A stretch of 64,000 bases of DNA from Lama glama. Its lineage: Eukaryota. Shown here one piece after another: positions 51,071 through 63,078 of this stretch. A program made the translations under genes and the position numbers. The stretch covers positions 46,378,001 through 46,442,000 of the forward strand of contig CM052817.1 of the NCBI GenBank assembly GCA_028534125.1, in the 5' to 3' direction. The notes beneath the pieces are model-generated. The model ran no database searches and had not been told where the DNA came from. It was given only the letters and a program-made list of their open reading frames with translations. Every line of letters starts with the position of its first letter. Position 1 is the first letter of the stretch.

Positions 51071-53520
51071 GTGTAACTTCTAGAAATGTCCAATTGAGGG
51101 ATTAAAAAATAGAATGCACATCCACTAACTCCTGACACTCACTGAGAGTTGTCCCATGGCAGGCCATCCCACCTGTGAGCTGAGCAAACTCCTCTGCCAT
51201 CCCCCCTCCCCGCCCTCAAATGGAGAAAACTCCCAGAAAGGAAGCAGGAGAGGGGAGCTTGAGTTGGGAAGCCAGCAGCGTGTTTAGATGTCACCCGTTG
51301 CAACTTCAGAACTCATTGTAAGCAGAGGGGATGTGAGTGGAGTATCAACATTGAAGATAGGACAAGCCCTTCCCTTTATTACTTGTATGGCTAGTCAGAG
51401 AAAAGAGAGATAGGATCATCTGTCATTCTGGACTGCCCCCATTATGCTTTGCAGGTCTGCCACCTCTGCCATCTCCCAGTGTTTCCCCAGTCACTTCTGG
51501 AAGTCCCGAGAAGACATCGCAATACAACTCACAAAGAAAGACTCACAATGACAAGACTGGGTGAGCCACGTGTTCTCCTCTCCTTTGGTAACATTGGTCA
51601 GGAAATCTCAGTCACTGCTCCTTGCTGTTTCCTGCTGATGACCTTTCAAATTTGTGATGTGACACATCATATTCATTTCCTACTTCTTTCATCCCTGACC
51701 CCTACCTTTCATGCCTGTGTTTCACTTCCTGCCCTGACACTCCCAGTGGGAACTGCCTTGCACTTGGAAAGTCTTCAGGGCACTTTGGTGTGAAAACACA
51801 CTACGTATCCTCTTGATCAAGGACTGTGACTGAGACAACACCCAGGGGTTTGGTCAGAGGACCAATGGCAGATATTTCAAGCCATCGATAACATTTAATT
51901 CATGCAATAGAGATTTCTGCTTTTTAAAGAACTACACAAAATTTTATTAGACCTTAGTTTTGTTTTGTTTTGTTTTGTTTTTCCTTCCCTGAAGAACTGG
52001 CTTTAAAAACAACTTTCTTCTCCTTCTTCTTCTTTTTTGGTGGGGAAATAGGTGGTATATAGCAGATATTTATTTGAGAAGGAAAAAATAGTATCTGGAC
52101 TATTGCATTTAATCATGTATTATAATTGTGTTACTCTACCTTTTGGCATCAGAGAAAGATATACAATGAACATTCAGTTATCCCAGATTGAACACTAGAC
52201 AGTAATTCTCTTCTTGCTACCTTCATTGTATAGAAGGGAAAACACATTTAAGTCAAGAAACTTGCCCAAGATCACACAGTCAACAATGGATACAGCTGGA
52301 ATTTACTCCCAAGTAAATCTGATTCTTTGAAACCTTTGTCTTAATCACCATATGAACAGAATGGTCTTTCTCCTTTTGAAACTCCATGTTGCGTGTTGAC
52401 AAGAGCAAAGCAGCCGGGACAGCAAGCTCCGTGTTTGAGGGTGAGGACTGGTCTTAGGTGTGAGAGCTTCACTGAACCCTCTGCGTCCTACTTGTGAACA
52501 TTTTCCTGTGTCCTCTGACTTGGGGTGAATGCTAGCACTTATGGAGTTTCCAGAAGATTTGCATTTATTTACTTTTGTACATTTTATGAAGTTTCTTCCT
52601 TCTCATCTCATTATCAGTAATATTTGAGTTATGAAAAGATTACCATTTTTAGCTTTTTCAGTGTGAAACAAAGCTCATGGAAGTTATTTCTTGCTCCTGA
52701 GAACCCTTATTTACCCAAATCCTTAGAGCAAGCCTGAACTTGACCTCAAGAGTTCAGGCTGCCAGCCTCACTTTGTTGCCTGTGTGGCAAGCTTCTCCTT
52801 AGGGCTCCGTATTTCCTGAATTAGTCCAGAATCAGAGATGAACACACACCCCAGACATCTAAAAATAGTCTTCCTTTTCAGTTTTGGAGGGTGGTTTCTT
52901 CTACATGATCGGGATCTTTCTTCCCTTGACATAACGACTTTGTTTCTGTCTTGGAAACCTGATTTGCAGCAGTTATCCGGGGGCAGTGTGAACACCAAGT
53001 TCCAGAGGGCTTTCTGAGGCCAAACAATCCATCAAGTTCCATAAAAATTACACTGGGAAGGGTGAGAACTAATGCAGTCAAGTCTCAAAACCATTCTACT
53101 ATTTTTGATGAATTGGTGTAAAGAGTTGGGATAATGTTAAACTCAGTGGTAACTACTTATAAATGAAGCTTAGAAAATTGAACCCCAAAATCCATTAGAC
53201 CTTTCTATGAATTAGCTACTTAGCCACTCGTGTTTTCTCCTTCTATTAATGACAAATTGTGTTTTGAAGAAAAAAAAATCCTCTTTACTGCCGTTTCACT
53301 GTAAGCTTCATTAAATTATCAATAATAGTTTAAAAAATCCTTTAGCGAAATCAATGAAATGAGAGTTCTTTTTAAGATAGCTACAAGAATGCAAATGTTT
53401 TTAAGGAGGTAAACGTGAGCAGCCAGGTAGCAAGACACTCCTTATAAAGGGCAATATATTTTTGTAGTTACTCTTGCACTGAGGGGGAGGGGTCAGTGCA
53501 CTGCTTGGAAAAACACATTC

Positions 53521-54974
53521 TTTTATTTTTTTATTGAAGTATTGTTGATTTAAAATGTTGTGTTAATTTCTGGTACACAGCATGGTGATTCAGTTATACA
53601 TGTATATATTCTTTTTCATTATAGGTTATTGCAAGTTATTGAATATAGTTCCCTGTGCTATACAATATGACTTGTTTATCTTTTCTGTACATAACAGTTT
53701 GTAGCGGCTAATCCCAAATCCCTAATTTATTTCCATCCCTTTCCCCTTTAGTAACCATAGATTTGTTTTCTATGTCTTTGAGTCTCTTCTGGTCTGTAAA
53801 TAAGTTCATTGTAAAATTTTTCAGATTCTACATATAAGTGATACCATGATACTTGTCTTTCTCTGGTTGGTTTACTTCACTTAGTATGATCATCTTTAGG
53901 TCCATCCATTTTGCTACAAATGGCATTATTTCATTGTTTTTATGGCTGAGTAGTATTCCATTGTATATATCAGATACAACTTCTTTATCCAATCATCTGT
54001 CGATATATATTTAGATTGATTCATATTTTGGCTATTATAAATAGTGCTTCTGTGAACATTGGGGTGCATGTATTTTCTCAAATTAGACTTTCCTCCAGAC
54101 ATATGCCCAGCAGTAGGATTACTAGATCATACAGTAAGTCTATTTTTAGTTTTTTAAGGAATCTCCATACTATTTTCCATAATAGCTGCACCAAATTACA
54201 TTCCCACCAACAATGTAGGAGGGTTCCCTTTTCTCCACACTCTCTCCAGCATTTATTGCTGTGTACATTTTAATGATGGCCATTCTGACTAGTGTGAGGT
54301 GATACCTCATCATAATTTTGATTTGTATTTCTCTGGTAATTAATGACATTGATCATCACTTCATGTACCTATTGGCCATCTTTATGTCTTCTTTGGACGA
54401 ATGACTGTTTAGGTCTTCTGCCTATTTTCTGACTGAATTTTTTGTTATTGAGTTGTATGAGCTCTTTATATATTATGGAAATTAAGCTCTTAATCAGCTG
54501 CATCATTTCAAATATTTTCTCTCACTTCATAGGTTTTCTTTTCATTTTGTTTATGATTTCCTTTACTGTGCAAAAGCTTATAAGTTTGATTAGATTTCAC
54601 TTGTTCACTTTTGTTTCTATTTCTATTGCCTTGGGAGACTTATCTAGGGAAAAATTACTACGACTTATGTCAGAGAAATATGATATTAAAGACTTATGTT
54701 TAAATCTTTAAGCCATTTTGAGTTAATTTTTTGTGTGAGGGAGTGTTCTAACTTCACTGATTTACATGCAGCTGTCCAGCTTTCCTAACACCACATGCTC
54801 AAGATCCTGTCTTTTTTCCATTGTATATTCTTGCCTCCTTTGTCAAAGATTAATTGACCACAGGTGTGTGAGTTTATTTCTGGGCTCTCTCTCCTGTTCC
54901 ATTGATCTATATATCTGTTTTTGTGCCAATACCATGCTGTTTTGATTACTGTAGTTTTGTAGTATTATCTGAAG
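53521..54974 (-). mobile_element. L1 (artiodactyl-type), 5'-truncated, about 1.45 kb
   Basis: Antisense ORF2 end and 3'UTR; 17-bp TSD tggaaaaacacattctt (53506-22) / tggaaaagtacattctt (54975-91). Confidence 0.9.
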
Positions 54975-55194
54975 TGGAAAAGTACATTCTTGGGTTTGAG
55001 AGCCAAGAGGAGTGATAGCTATCACCAGATGAAATTAAGCATAATTTATAGTTTGATTTATTGGTGTAGCAAATTGAATGTCCATGAGGAGAAAAAGAAG
55101 TTGAGAAATATTGATGTAAATAATCATATTATCCAGTAAAGATAAACCTTTTTTCTTCAGAAAAATGAAACAAACATTGTTTAGTTTGAAATAC

Positions 55195-55200
55195 TTTATT
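55195..55200 (-). terminator. Poly(A) signal of the GRO gene
   Basis: AATAAA on the minus strand about 710 nt after the stop, followed by GU/U-rich tgtttgtttcattttt. Confidence 0.85.
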
Positions 55201-55623
55201 TTCACATTCTTTGTAAAAATATCAATAAATTTTTAAACTTCTCTTTTCTAAGACACAGAAAAGCACTGCATAGTTAACATTAAACAAGGCACTATGCCTT
55301 ACAAAAAAGACATAAAATGTCCAAAGGATATTTGGAACATTGTAGTTCTTAAAGCTTCAACAAGAGAAATGTTGACCACAAACTGTGAAATCGTTTCAGT
55401 AAATAACAACTAACATTCTTTTAAACATTTACAAAAATAGCTGTACACATACATTCTCCCATGGTGACAATGACCTCACTATTAATTTGGATCCAGCAGC
55501 CTCTATCACAGGGGCTGGCAAGCTGTGGGCTCCCCAGAAATATCAGTTTAATGACTGGAGAATATTTGCAAATCTTCTACTTCAAATTAAATAAGAACCA
55601 AGACAATTGATTTGATTTTTTTC

Positions 55624-55759
55624 AAAAAATAAATAATAAAAATAATAATCCAGTGCACAAGTAGATTCAATCATTACATCCTTAATTATTTTACATGTAA
55701 ATATTAACCTAGAGTCTTTGAAAACTAGCCAACACATAAATTAATAAATAAATAAATAA
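55624..55759 (-). promoter_or_regulatory. 3'UTR AU-rich instability elements
   Basis: mRNA UUAUUUAUUUAUUUAUUAAUUUAU (55736-55759) and a second U-rich/AUUUA tract (55624-55649), typical of GRO mRNAs. Confidence 0.85.
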
Positions 55760-55910
55760 GTGGAAGAATCCTCCCAAGAGATGTTCAAACGTATTAAGTC
55801 CAGTCCAGGTGGCCCCAGGTACCGATGATTTCTCCTTTCCCTCTTTGATTCCTGTAAGGGCAGGGCCTACTTTGGGAACAGCCATCACGGGGCTTTCTTC
55901 TTGCCGCTGG

Positions 55911-55926
55911 TCAGCTGGAGCTGCCT
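55911..55926 (-). CDS. CXCL2: GRO gene exon 4 coding part
   Basis: tttctcatttacag|A GGC AGC TCC AGC TGA. Confidence 0.9.
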
Positions 55927-57709
55927 CTGTAAATGAGAAAAGGATTTTCTTAGGAGCTCTTCCAGAAAACTGGCTGCACGACAGTCTTCTCCTATCCTGC
56001 TCCCCAGATTTCTGAATCCAGTCTTCCCAGCCTGGCACCTGCTATGCTGTGTGGCAGAGACCTCTAGGCTATTGGATATTCTTATTCAGGAATGGGGTAG
56101 GGTCTGTGGTCTCCACTGCAGTGTTGGCTACAAATGGCTAGAACCATTACTCTCTACCTGTCACACTGGGCCTCGCTTAAGCCTCACAGTAAACCCATGC
56201 GTAGCTGCTATTGTTTTCCCTGTTATACTAAGTCTTAGATAAACCAAATAATTGTCCTTGAGTCATATGGCTAATAGGTGGTGGAACCCAAATTTGTACC
56301 CAGTACCAACTGGCTGCAAAGTCCCTGCTCTTTACCACTAAGCTTTAAGGGCTTATGTTGCAGAAAACGAGGGTTCTGCTTTTCAGGTGTGAAGCCCAGA
56401 AAGAACTGGAGCAGGTGTATGTGTTGGGGGTAGGGAGGGGGGTGTGCCTGTGTTTTTTATACAGTTTTTTTTAGCATAACTGGCCAACCGCAGTGAGAAT
56501 TTTAATGAAAGCAGCTTAAACTGCATTCATCTGAATTGGGATAGAGTCAGGGGCCAGGATGGAAGGCACTGAAAATATCCTGGCATCAGAGCAGATTAAT
56601 GATCTTAATGACAAATTTAATCGTGAAATAATGATTTTCCATTCCTTCAGCTAAACCCTGGGTTTCTCTGATACAGTTTTAAGGAGGCAGAATGACCCTA
56701 GTCACACGTGTGAATAAGAAACCGTAACTCACTTGTTAAGCATCTTGTCGACTATTTTCTTAACCATGGGGGCTGCGGGGTTGAGACAAGCTTCCTGGCC
56801 ATTCTTGAGAGTGGCTCTGCAGAGAGAGGGGAGAATCCACGTGAGGCCGGAGATGGGGCTGGGGGTCGGGGTGGGGGGACAGGGAGGGTAGCGGTGACAA
56901 GGACCGCAGCAGCGGCGGCACTTACATGACTTCCGTTTGGCCACAGTGGGGTCCCGGGGGCGTCACCGCCAAGCTCTGGATGTTCTTGAAGTGAATTCCC
57001 TGCACGGTCTGCAAGCAGTGGCAGCGCAGTTCGGTGACCACGGGCGCCCCTGCGGAGAGAGCAGACTCGGTTAGGGGGCCGTCCGGGGATGGGCGCCCAG
57101 CCACCCGCCCCCCNNNNNNNNNNNNNNNNNNNNNNNNNNNNNNNNNNNNNNNNNNNNNNNNNNNNNNNNNNNNNNNNNNNNNNNNNNNNNNNNNNNNNNN
57201 NNNNNNNNNNNNNNNNNNNNNNNNNNNNNNNNNNNNNNNNNNNNNNNNNNNNNNNNNNNNNNNNNNNNNNNNNNNNNNNNNNNNNNNNNNNNNNNNNNNN
57301 NNNNNNNNNNNNNNNNNNNNNNNNNNNNNNNNNNNNNNNNNNNNNNNNNNNNNNNNNNNNNNNNNNNNNNNNNNNNNNNNNNNNNNNNNNNNNNNNNNNN
57401 NNNNNNNNNNNNNNNNNNNNNNNNNNNNNNNNNNNNNNNNNNNNNNNNNNNNNNNNNNNNNNNNNNNNNNNNNNNNNNNNNNNNNNNNNNNNNNNNNNNN
57501 NNNNNNNNNNNNNNNNNNNNNNNNNNNNNNNNNNNNNNNNNNNNNNNNNNNNNNNNNNNNNNNNNNNNNNNNNNNNNNNNNNNNNNNNNNNNNNNNNNNN
57601 NNNNNNNNNNNNNCTCACCTGCTGCGCGCCGGCCGGCGGCCACCAGGAGCAGGAGCAGCAGCGCGGCGCGGAGGAGCCGGGGGGCGGCGGGGGTCGCGGT
57701 GCGGGCCAT
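55911..57709 (-). CDS. CXCL2: GRO-family ELR+ CXC chemokine (CXCL2/GRO-beta-like; CXCL1/2/3 orthology ambiguous), 4 exons, 104 aa
   Basis: join(57709-57619,57049-56926,56816-56733,55926-55911) = 91+124+84+16 nt, all [108 protein letters not shown]; signal peptide, ELR-CxC, four cysteines; 3'UTR end resembles human CXCL2. Confidence 0.95.
56733..56816 (-). CDS. CXCL2: GRO gene exon 3
   Basis: ctctgcag|A GCC ACT CTC AAG...AAC AA|gtgagt; [27 protein letters not shown]. Confidence 0.95.
56926..57049 (-). CDS. CXCL2: GRO gene exon 2
   Basis: tctccgcag|GG GCG CCC...GTC AT|gtaagt; contains ELRCHC. Confidence 0.95.
57114..57613. other. Assembly gap (500 N) within GRO intron 1
   Basis: Run of N between the exon 1 donor and the intron 1 3' part. 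Confidence 1.
57619..57709 (-). CDS. CXCL2: GRO gene exon 1 coding part (signal peptide)
   Basis: gagccccATGGCC start context; ends GCA G|gtgag. Confidence 0.95.
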
Positions 57710-57766
57710 GGGGCTCAGCTCGGAGGGTCTCAGTCTGCGGCGGTTGAGCTGGCGGATCGGACTCTG

Positions 57767-57961
57767 TGGCTCCCCGAACCCAGGGAACCCCTTTTATCCT
57801 GATGGGACAGAAGCTGGCAGCCTGGGGCAGGGAAATTCCCGGACATGCGGGTCGCTCCCGGGTCGGGAAGGAAGACGCGGCCCCGCCGCGGGGGGAGAGC
57901 GCTGGGGCCCGGCCCCGCCCGCCCCACTCCCGCCTAATCCGCGGACCCGGGGGTGACGTCT
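57767..57961 (-). promoter_or_regulatory. GRO proximal promoter
   Basis: TSS region near ACAGAG at about 57767; GATAAAAG TATA-like 57791-98; NF-kB GGGAATTTCC 57831-40; GC boxes about 57881-57925; CRE-like TGACGTC 57954-60. Confidence 0.85.
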
Positions 57962-60589
57962 TTGTGCCCAAATCCCTGCTTGGGAGTGAGCTGTCACCAC
58001 TCTGGGGCTACAGCCTGAGAGGAGCCTGTGAGCACCCGGTCACCCCTGGTCTCGGGGCAAGAAGAGGGGAACGTGCTGGAGGCAGATCCGTGAGATGCAC
58101 CTCCACCCCCGACACCCCCTGCCCTCCTCGCGGTAACCGGACAATTTTAGCAGGAGAGTTACCTCTTCAGTGATCAGACCTGGGGGAATAAAGGAATAGG
58201 AAAGGAGGAGATTTTGCTTAGCTACCTGTCCTCTATCTGTCTCTCTGAATTTCTATTTTGCCTATTTCGTACGTGTGGAATGTATGCTCTCTGTCAAAAA
58301 TACAGCCATCATCTAGGATTCCAAAAAAGGATGTTCAGCTTGTTCCTCGTGTTGTGTATCCTCAAGTCACACTTAGAATATCTTGGTTATGTTTTCCATT
58401 TGGTGGGAACTGGGATCAGTACCAAAAGTTGAATCTAGGGTTAATTTCAGTGGAAGTTGAGAACTGTAACACGCCCTTGGCGCTTGTGTCCTGCTGAACA
58501 TCCTTCCTCCAGGGCAATATTGGAACTTCCAAAATTCCCGCAGGTCTCCTCTTCCCTTTATGAAGGATTCTGAGTTGATCTATGAATAGGGCACTGGTGA
58601 TCACTTTGAAGCTGTGGGTGGTCACTTCTTCTGGTTCTATCCTTGGACAGAATATTACATGGACACTGGAGTGTGGGTACCGGCTGCAAAGCACCCTTAC
58701 TTGGATGCGTGTGGTTAAAATACGAACTGTCGGATCACACATAAAAATCCTGTTTCATTCACTGAAGGGCGACCTACAGTGTTGTTCCTTCTTCCTCTTA
58801 AAACAGTGACATGTCTTTGTTTTCTGACCAGGAATTTCAGTTTTTTGACCTGATGCTTTTACTGTTTTTTCACCAGAAGTTTGAGAGAACTTGGCTTGAC
58901 TCAATATTAAGTATAGCAGGTTTAAGTGTAATTCTCCAGTTTGAATTGAGACCTCTCGGAGATGCGGAATATGATGGGAGTGGAGAGAGAAGAAAGAAAT
59001 GGCCTCTGGCCCAGGGATGGGTGTCTAGGGGCAGGGCTTTGGGCAGCCTAGCTCAGTGAGTGAGAAGCTGCATTCCACAGCCAGCCAGCTCCGGACGTGC
59101 AGCAAAGCTGCTTGCATTAAGTTGCCACCTATCACTTGCACGTTGTTAAATTTTTCTTTGCCTATCCCAAGGTGGTTATGAGAAATGAGTCAATGTGTGT
59201 GGGAGCCAGCAGGGATCAAATGCCTTATAAATGTTTGTTAAGTAGACAAAATAGAAATAGCTTTTTCCAGTATTGCCTAAACAGAAACTCCACCTGTTGT
59301 GAATCCTCCTATAAATTAAAAAAAAAATAATAAGAAGAAAGAAAGAAAGAAAAAGGTAATGGAAAGGTTCACTCCCCAATTTTCCTTTTCACATTTAAAA
59401 CTTTCTATATCAGGCTTTCTAAAAGGAAGGCACCGCTACACTCTACTAGGAGATGCACTTATATGGGATTTTTTTTTAAACTCAAGATCTATCATGGATT
59501 TATTTTGCAGCCTTACTCAATCACCTAATCTATTAGAAGGGAGCTTAAATTAAAGATTCTCCACATTATCTATTGCCAGAGATTTACAAAATGAATGACT
59601 TGTTTTTTAAAAACATTCTTGTGTTTTTCAGTGTGCTCCTGAGAGAAAAACCTGGGAAACTAAAGGGAGATTAAAATTTGTGTTAAGCAGCAGAAAATAA
59701 AAAATCATCTAAAGGCTGTAAAATATGGTGACAAATTCAGGAATAATTGAGAGTTTGTGTGATTTCTCCCCCTCATTATCAGTGTTTCCTGGAATTTCAT
59801 GGCGAACTGGCCCAGAAATACAAAAGCCAGTCTTTAAAAGTTGAAAGATGCATTGTTTTGTTTTCTAATTGTAAGTGATACAGGCTTGGTTTCTAAAGCT
59901 TGTAAAAGTCAGAAAGGCACGCAGAGATTATTTTTCCTCTAAACTTTCTTAACTTTTGTCTATGGAACAAACTTTAACAGGTCACTGAAAATTTGCTTTT
60001 TTCTTCAACAAACGTGATAGCTGATAAATTATAAGAGCACACAGGCTGCTGAGTAAGTATGAAAGAGGCTACTTCCTTTATTTAGTTGCCACATACCACA
60101 GGCACGTTACTAAACCTCTGTACCCACCCTGCGATGCAGCACAATGATTCTGTGCTAAATTCCAGGCTCTTGTCTAAGGGTTACACAAATATTGACTCAT
60201 TTAGTTGTCCAAACATCCCTGCGAAATTACTTACCATTGCTATCTTTGTGGTACGTTAAGGTCAGAAATAAGGAAACTGAGGTGCAGAAAGGTTAAGAAG
60301 CTTCCCTAAGGTCAGCGGATACTGTGCCTGGGACCCAAACCCAGAGAGAATGGCTTTTAACGATTGTACTATGATAACAGTCTCAGTGATGTATCATTTA
60401 AAATTTCCAGAGAGGAGTCATTTTTAAAAATTTGTTTGCTGTTCCTCTAGTTGAATGTTTCAAATTTACTTATTCTAAAATGCAAACACAATGGTCATAT
60501 ACCTCCATAGTTTTGTTTCACTAACAGCATAACTCTCTCCTGTGGCATTGATATAATTTGTTATACTTTCTTGAAGTAGTCAATTCTGA

Positions 60590-61145
60590 AAAATAGTAAC
60601 TTTATCATAGAGAAATTTGGCAAACATTCCCTTAGCCAAATGATGATAATGAAGGTTAATATCATCAACGTGATGTCCGGTGGATATCATGTACCCCCAA
60701 TGGGATGTGATGAGAAGGTCACTTCACCTCCTTGGTATTCTTTCCAGAAGCTCATATCCCTAGTCCAACCATGAGAAAAATATTCTTCAAACCTAAACTG
60801 AGGAATATTAAATAGTTAACACTCCAAAATTGTCAAGATCATGAAAACCGGGAAAGACCAAGCAACTGTCACAGTCCAAAGAAAAGTATGGAGACATGAC
60901 AACTGCAATGTGGTACCTGGATTGGACCCTGGAATAGAAGGAGAACAGTAAATGGAAAAACTGGTAAAGTTCAAACTGGAGTTTCCTAAACAGTAGACGT
61001 GCCAATGTTGTTTTCTTAGCTTTGGCCAATGTACCGTAGTAATGTAAAACAGTCACAATAAGAGAAATTGAGCGAAGCACACATATGAATTGTAATATCT
61101 TTGCAACTTTTGTACTTTAAAATTATTTCAAAATTTAAAAAAAAA
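60590..61145 (+). mobile_element. Old L1 (L1MC-like) 3' end
   Basis: 'taactttatcatagagaaa...gatgtgatgagaagg...tatctttgcaactttt...aaaattatttcaaaat' plus poly-A. Confidence 0.7.
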
Positions 61146-62593
61146 AAAGCTGTTTTTAGGCAGTTTCTCTTTCTAAAGCAATTTAGAATACCACCAAAAG
61201 GAAATCAGTGGACATGACTGCTTTATCTGGTAGCTTCCTAGAAGGGGAATTAAATTTTTGTTGACTTCATATTTGATGAAATATGAAAATCCAACATATC
61301 TGCTGCCCAGTTTTGGACACTTCATCATTTTTCATAGGCCTAAGTAGTTTGTCTTCACCATTAATCACGCTGTCCAAATTGCTCATCTATTTCTTGTAAC
61401 TGATGAATAGCAGAAAGTGTTTGCTTTAATGGCCTCCAGACCCAACCCAAAACTGACGTAAATGAAAGTATTCAGGGAGAGAAGAACTCCAATTTATCTA
61501 CAAGAGCTGCCAAAAAAAAAAAAAATAAATAAATAATTAAGAAGTTAAGAAGTAGCCAACATTTGTAGATTGTATAGAATTTGACTCCTGAGGATGACAA
61601 TCAAAATCACTTGTTCTTGGAAATGAAGTAAAAATCCAAGGTTTCTTTTTTTGCTGTTATTTTCTCCATCATATGCCTCTTGAAATTCATGAGATCCTCA
61701 TCAACCAAAATACAGAAGTTTTATAAACAAAGGAATGTTTAGTCTAGTATGATAAACAAATTCACTCTCTTGTCTGAGCAAGTGCTTCTTTAAGCCAATT
61801 ACTTTTGCAAAAGTTGAAGTCCAGGTTTTTAAGCACACTCTTTAAACTCATGCAAGCAATGATCCTTAAAGTAATGGAATAATCTTTAAAAATGGAAGCT
61901 TTGGTGATGAAATTCCATTTTCCCTGCAATCATTACTCAGAATTGACAGTAAAATCTAGGATGCTCACATCTTGTAGACCCACCGTTTCACCCCAGTCCT
62001 TGCTGTAGCAACCAGCTGCATGCAGCTGGAAACTTACAACTCCTCATCTCAGCTATACTTTCTGCACCAAAGTTTCTTTGTCACTGCCATGGAAAATCTC
62101 TTGCCCAATAGGGAACAGGAGGTAACCAATATATGTTTTCCTCCTCTTTTATGTTTTAGGCAGATACTCTATAAGACTTCTCAGAGGGTACCCAATAGGA
62201 TTGAACTCCAGCTGACCACATTTTTTTTTCTTATTTCACTTTTCCCAGTTTTCCAGTTCTATACATAGGGAACATTTCCCCAGATAAAGCTGCCTGCATT
62301 GTAGGCCGATGACTCAGGCACTGCTTTTTGAGGGGACGCCTTGGCTAAGACACTACTCCATCCTGAGAATGAACTGTGCCGACTGGCAGGCAGAAATGGG
62401 CAGTGTAGTTTCCCTACCCATAGCTGGTTTTAAGAAGTTGCTACATCTCAACTTCATCTCTATTTCCCCTACAATATCCCTCCTGCTATAATGACCCGAG
62501 GGAAGAAGAACAAAGATATCTGAACATGGCATTAAATTCTTAGATCCATCGATCGCTCCTGACGAATGGCATTAGTGTACCCCAGCATCAGGG

Positions 62594-63078
62594 TGTAGGG
62601 GAAGAAAGTGTTTCCCCTCTTTCCTTCTTGATTGTTTGGCTGGCCTAATAATGAAGTTGGCATAATACAGAGTAACAGGAGAAAGAGAAATATAATTTTG
62701 TTCATAGAGGAGCCCCATAAAAATATGAGACTCAAAGAAAAGACCAAAGTAGGCAGCTTTTCTACCGTTAGGGCAAAATGGCAATACAATTGTGAAGAAA
62801 TGAGAAGACAAAGGGGTTTGGGCTTGGGATAGTAAATTAATGGAGAAGTAACAAATTCATTTGTATAGCCTTCTTGGCCCTAAATTATCTATCTCTGATG
62901 ATAAGGATGTCTCTTTTTCTCCTGGTATAGGAAGGGCACATTTTTTTCCTGCTTTCAAGGGAAAAACAGAGGGTCAGAGTTTCCTTCTTATACCAGTTGT
63001 TTCTTAAGTAACTTTAATTCAAAATAATAAATATGCCAAAGTGGAATATTGGGTGGAATCCTGCCGTGAACTACATCA
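62594..63078 (-). mobile_element. Solo ERV1-type LTR
   Basis: TG...CA termini with 4-bp TSD AGGG (62590-93 / 63079-82). Confidence 0.65.

Larger units (their letters stand above)
56770..58140. other. CpG island over the GRO promoter and exons 1-3
   Basis: Visibly high GC and CpG density compared with the AT-rich, CpG-poor remainder of the window. Confidence 0.8.

Noticed and set aside
56752..57802. Long ORFs spanning the N gap, and ORF 56922-57104 with its own Met
   Set aside because: Gap artefacts or intron read-through; the spliced 4-exon model explains the real coding sequence
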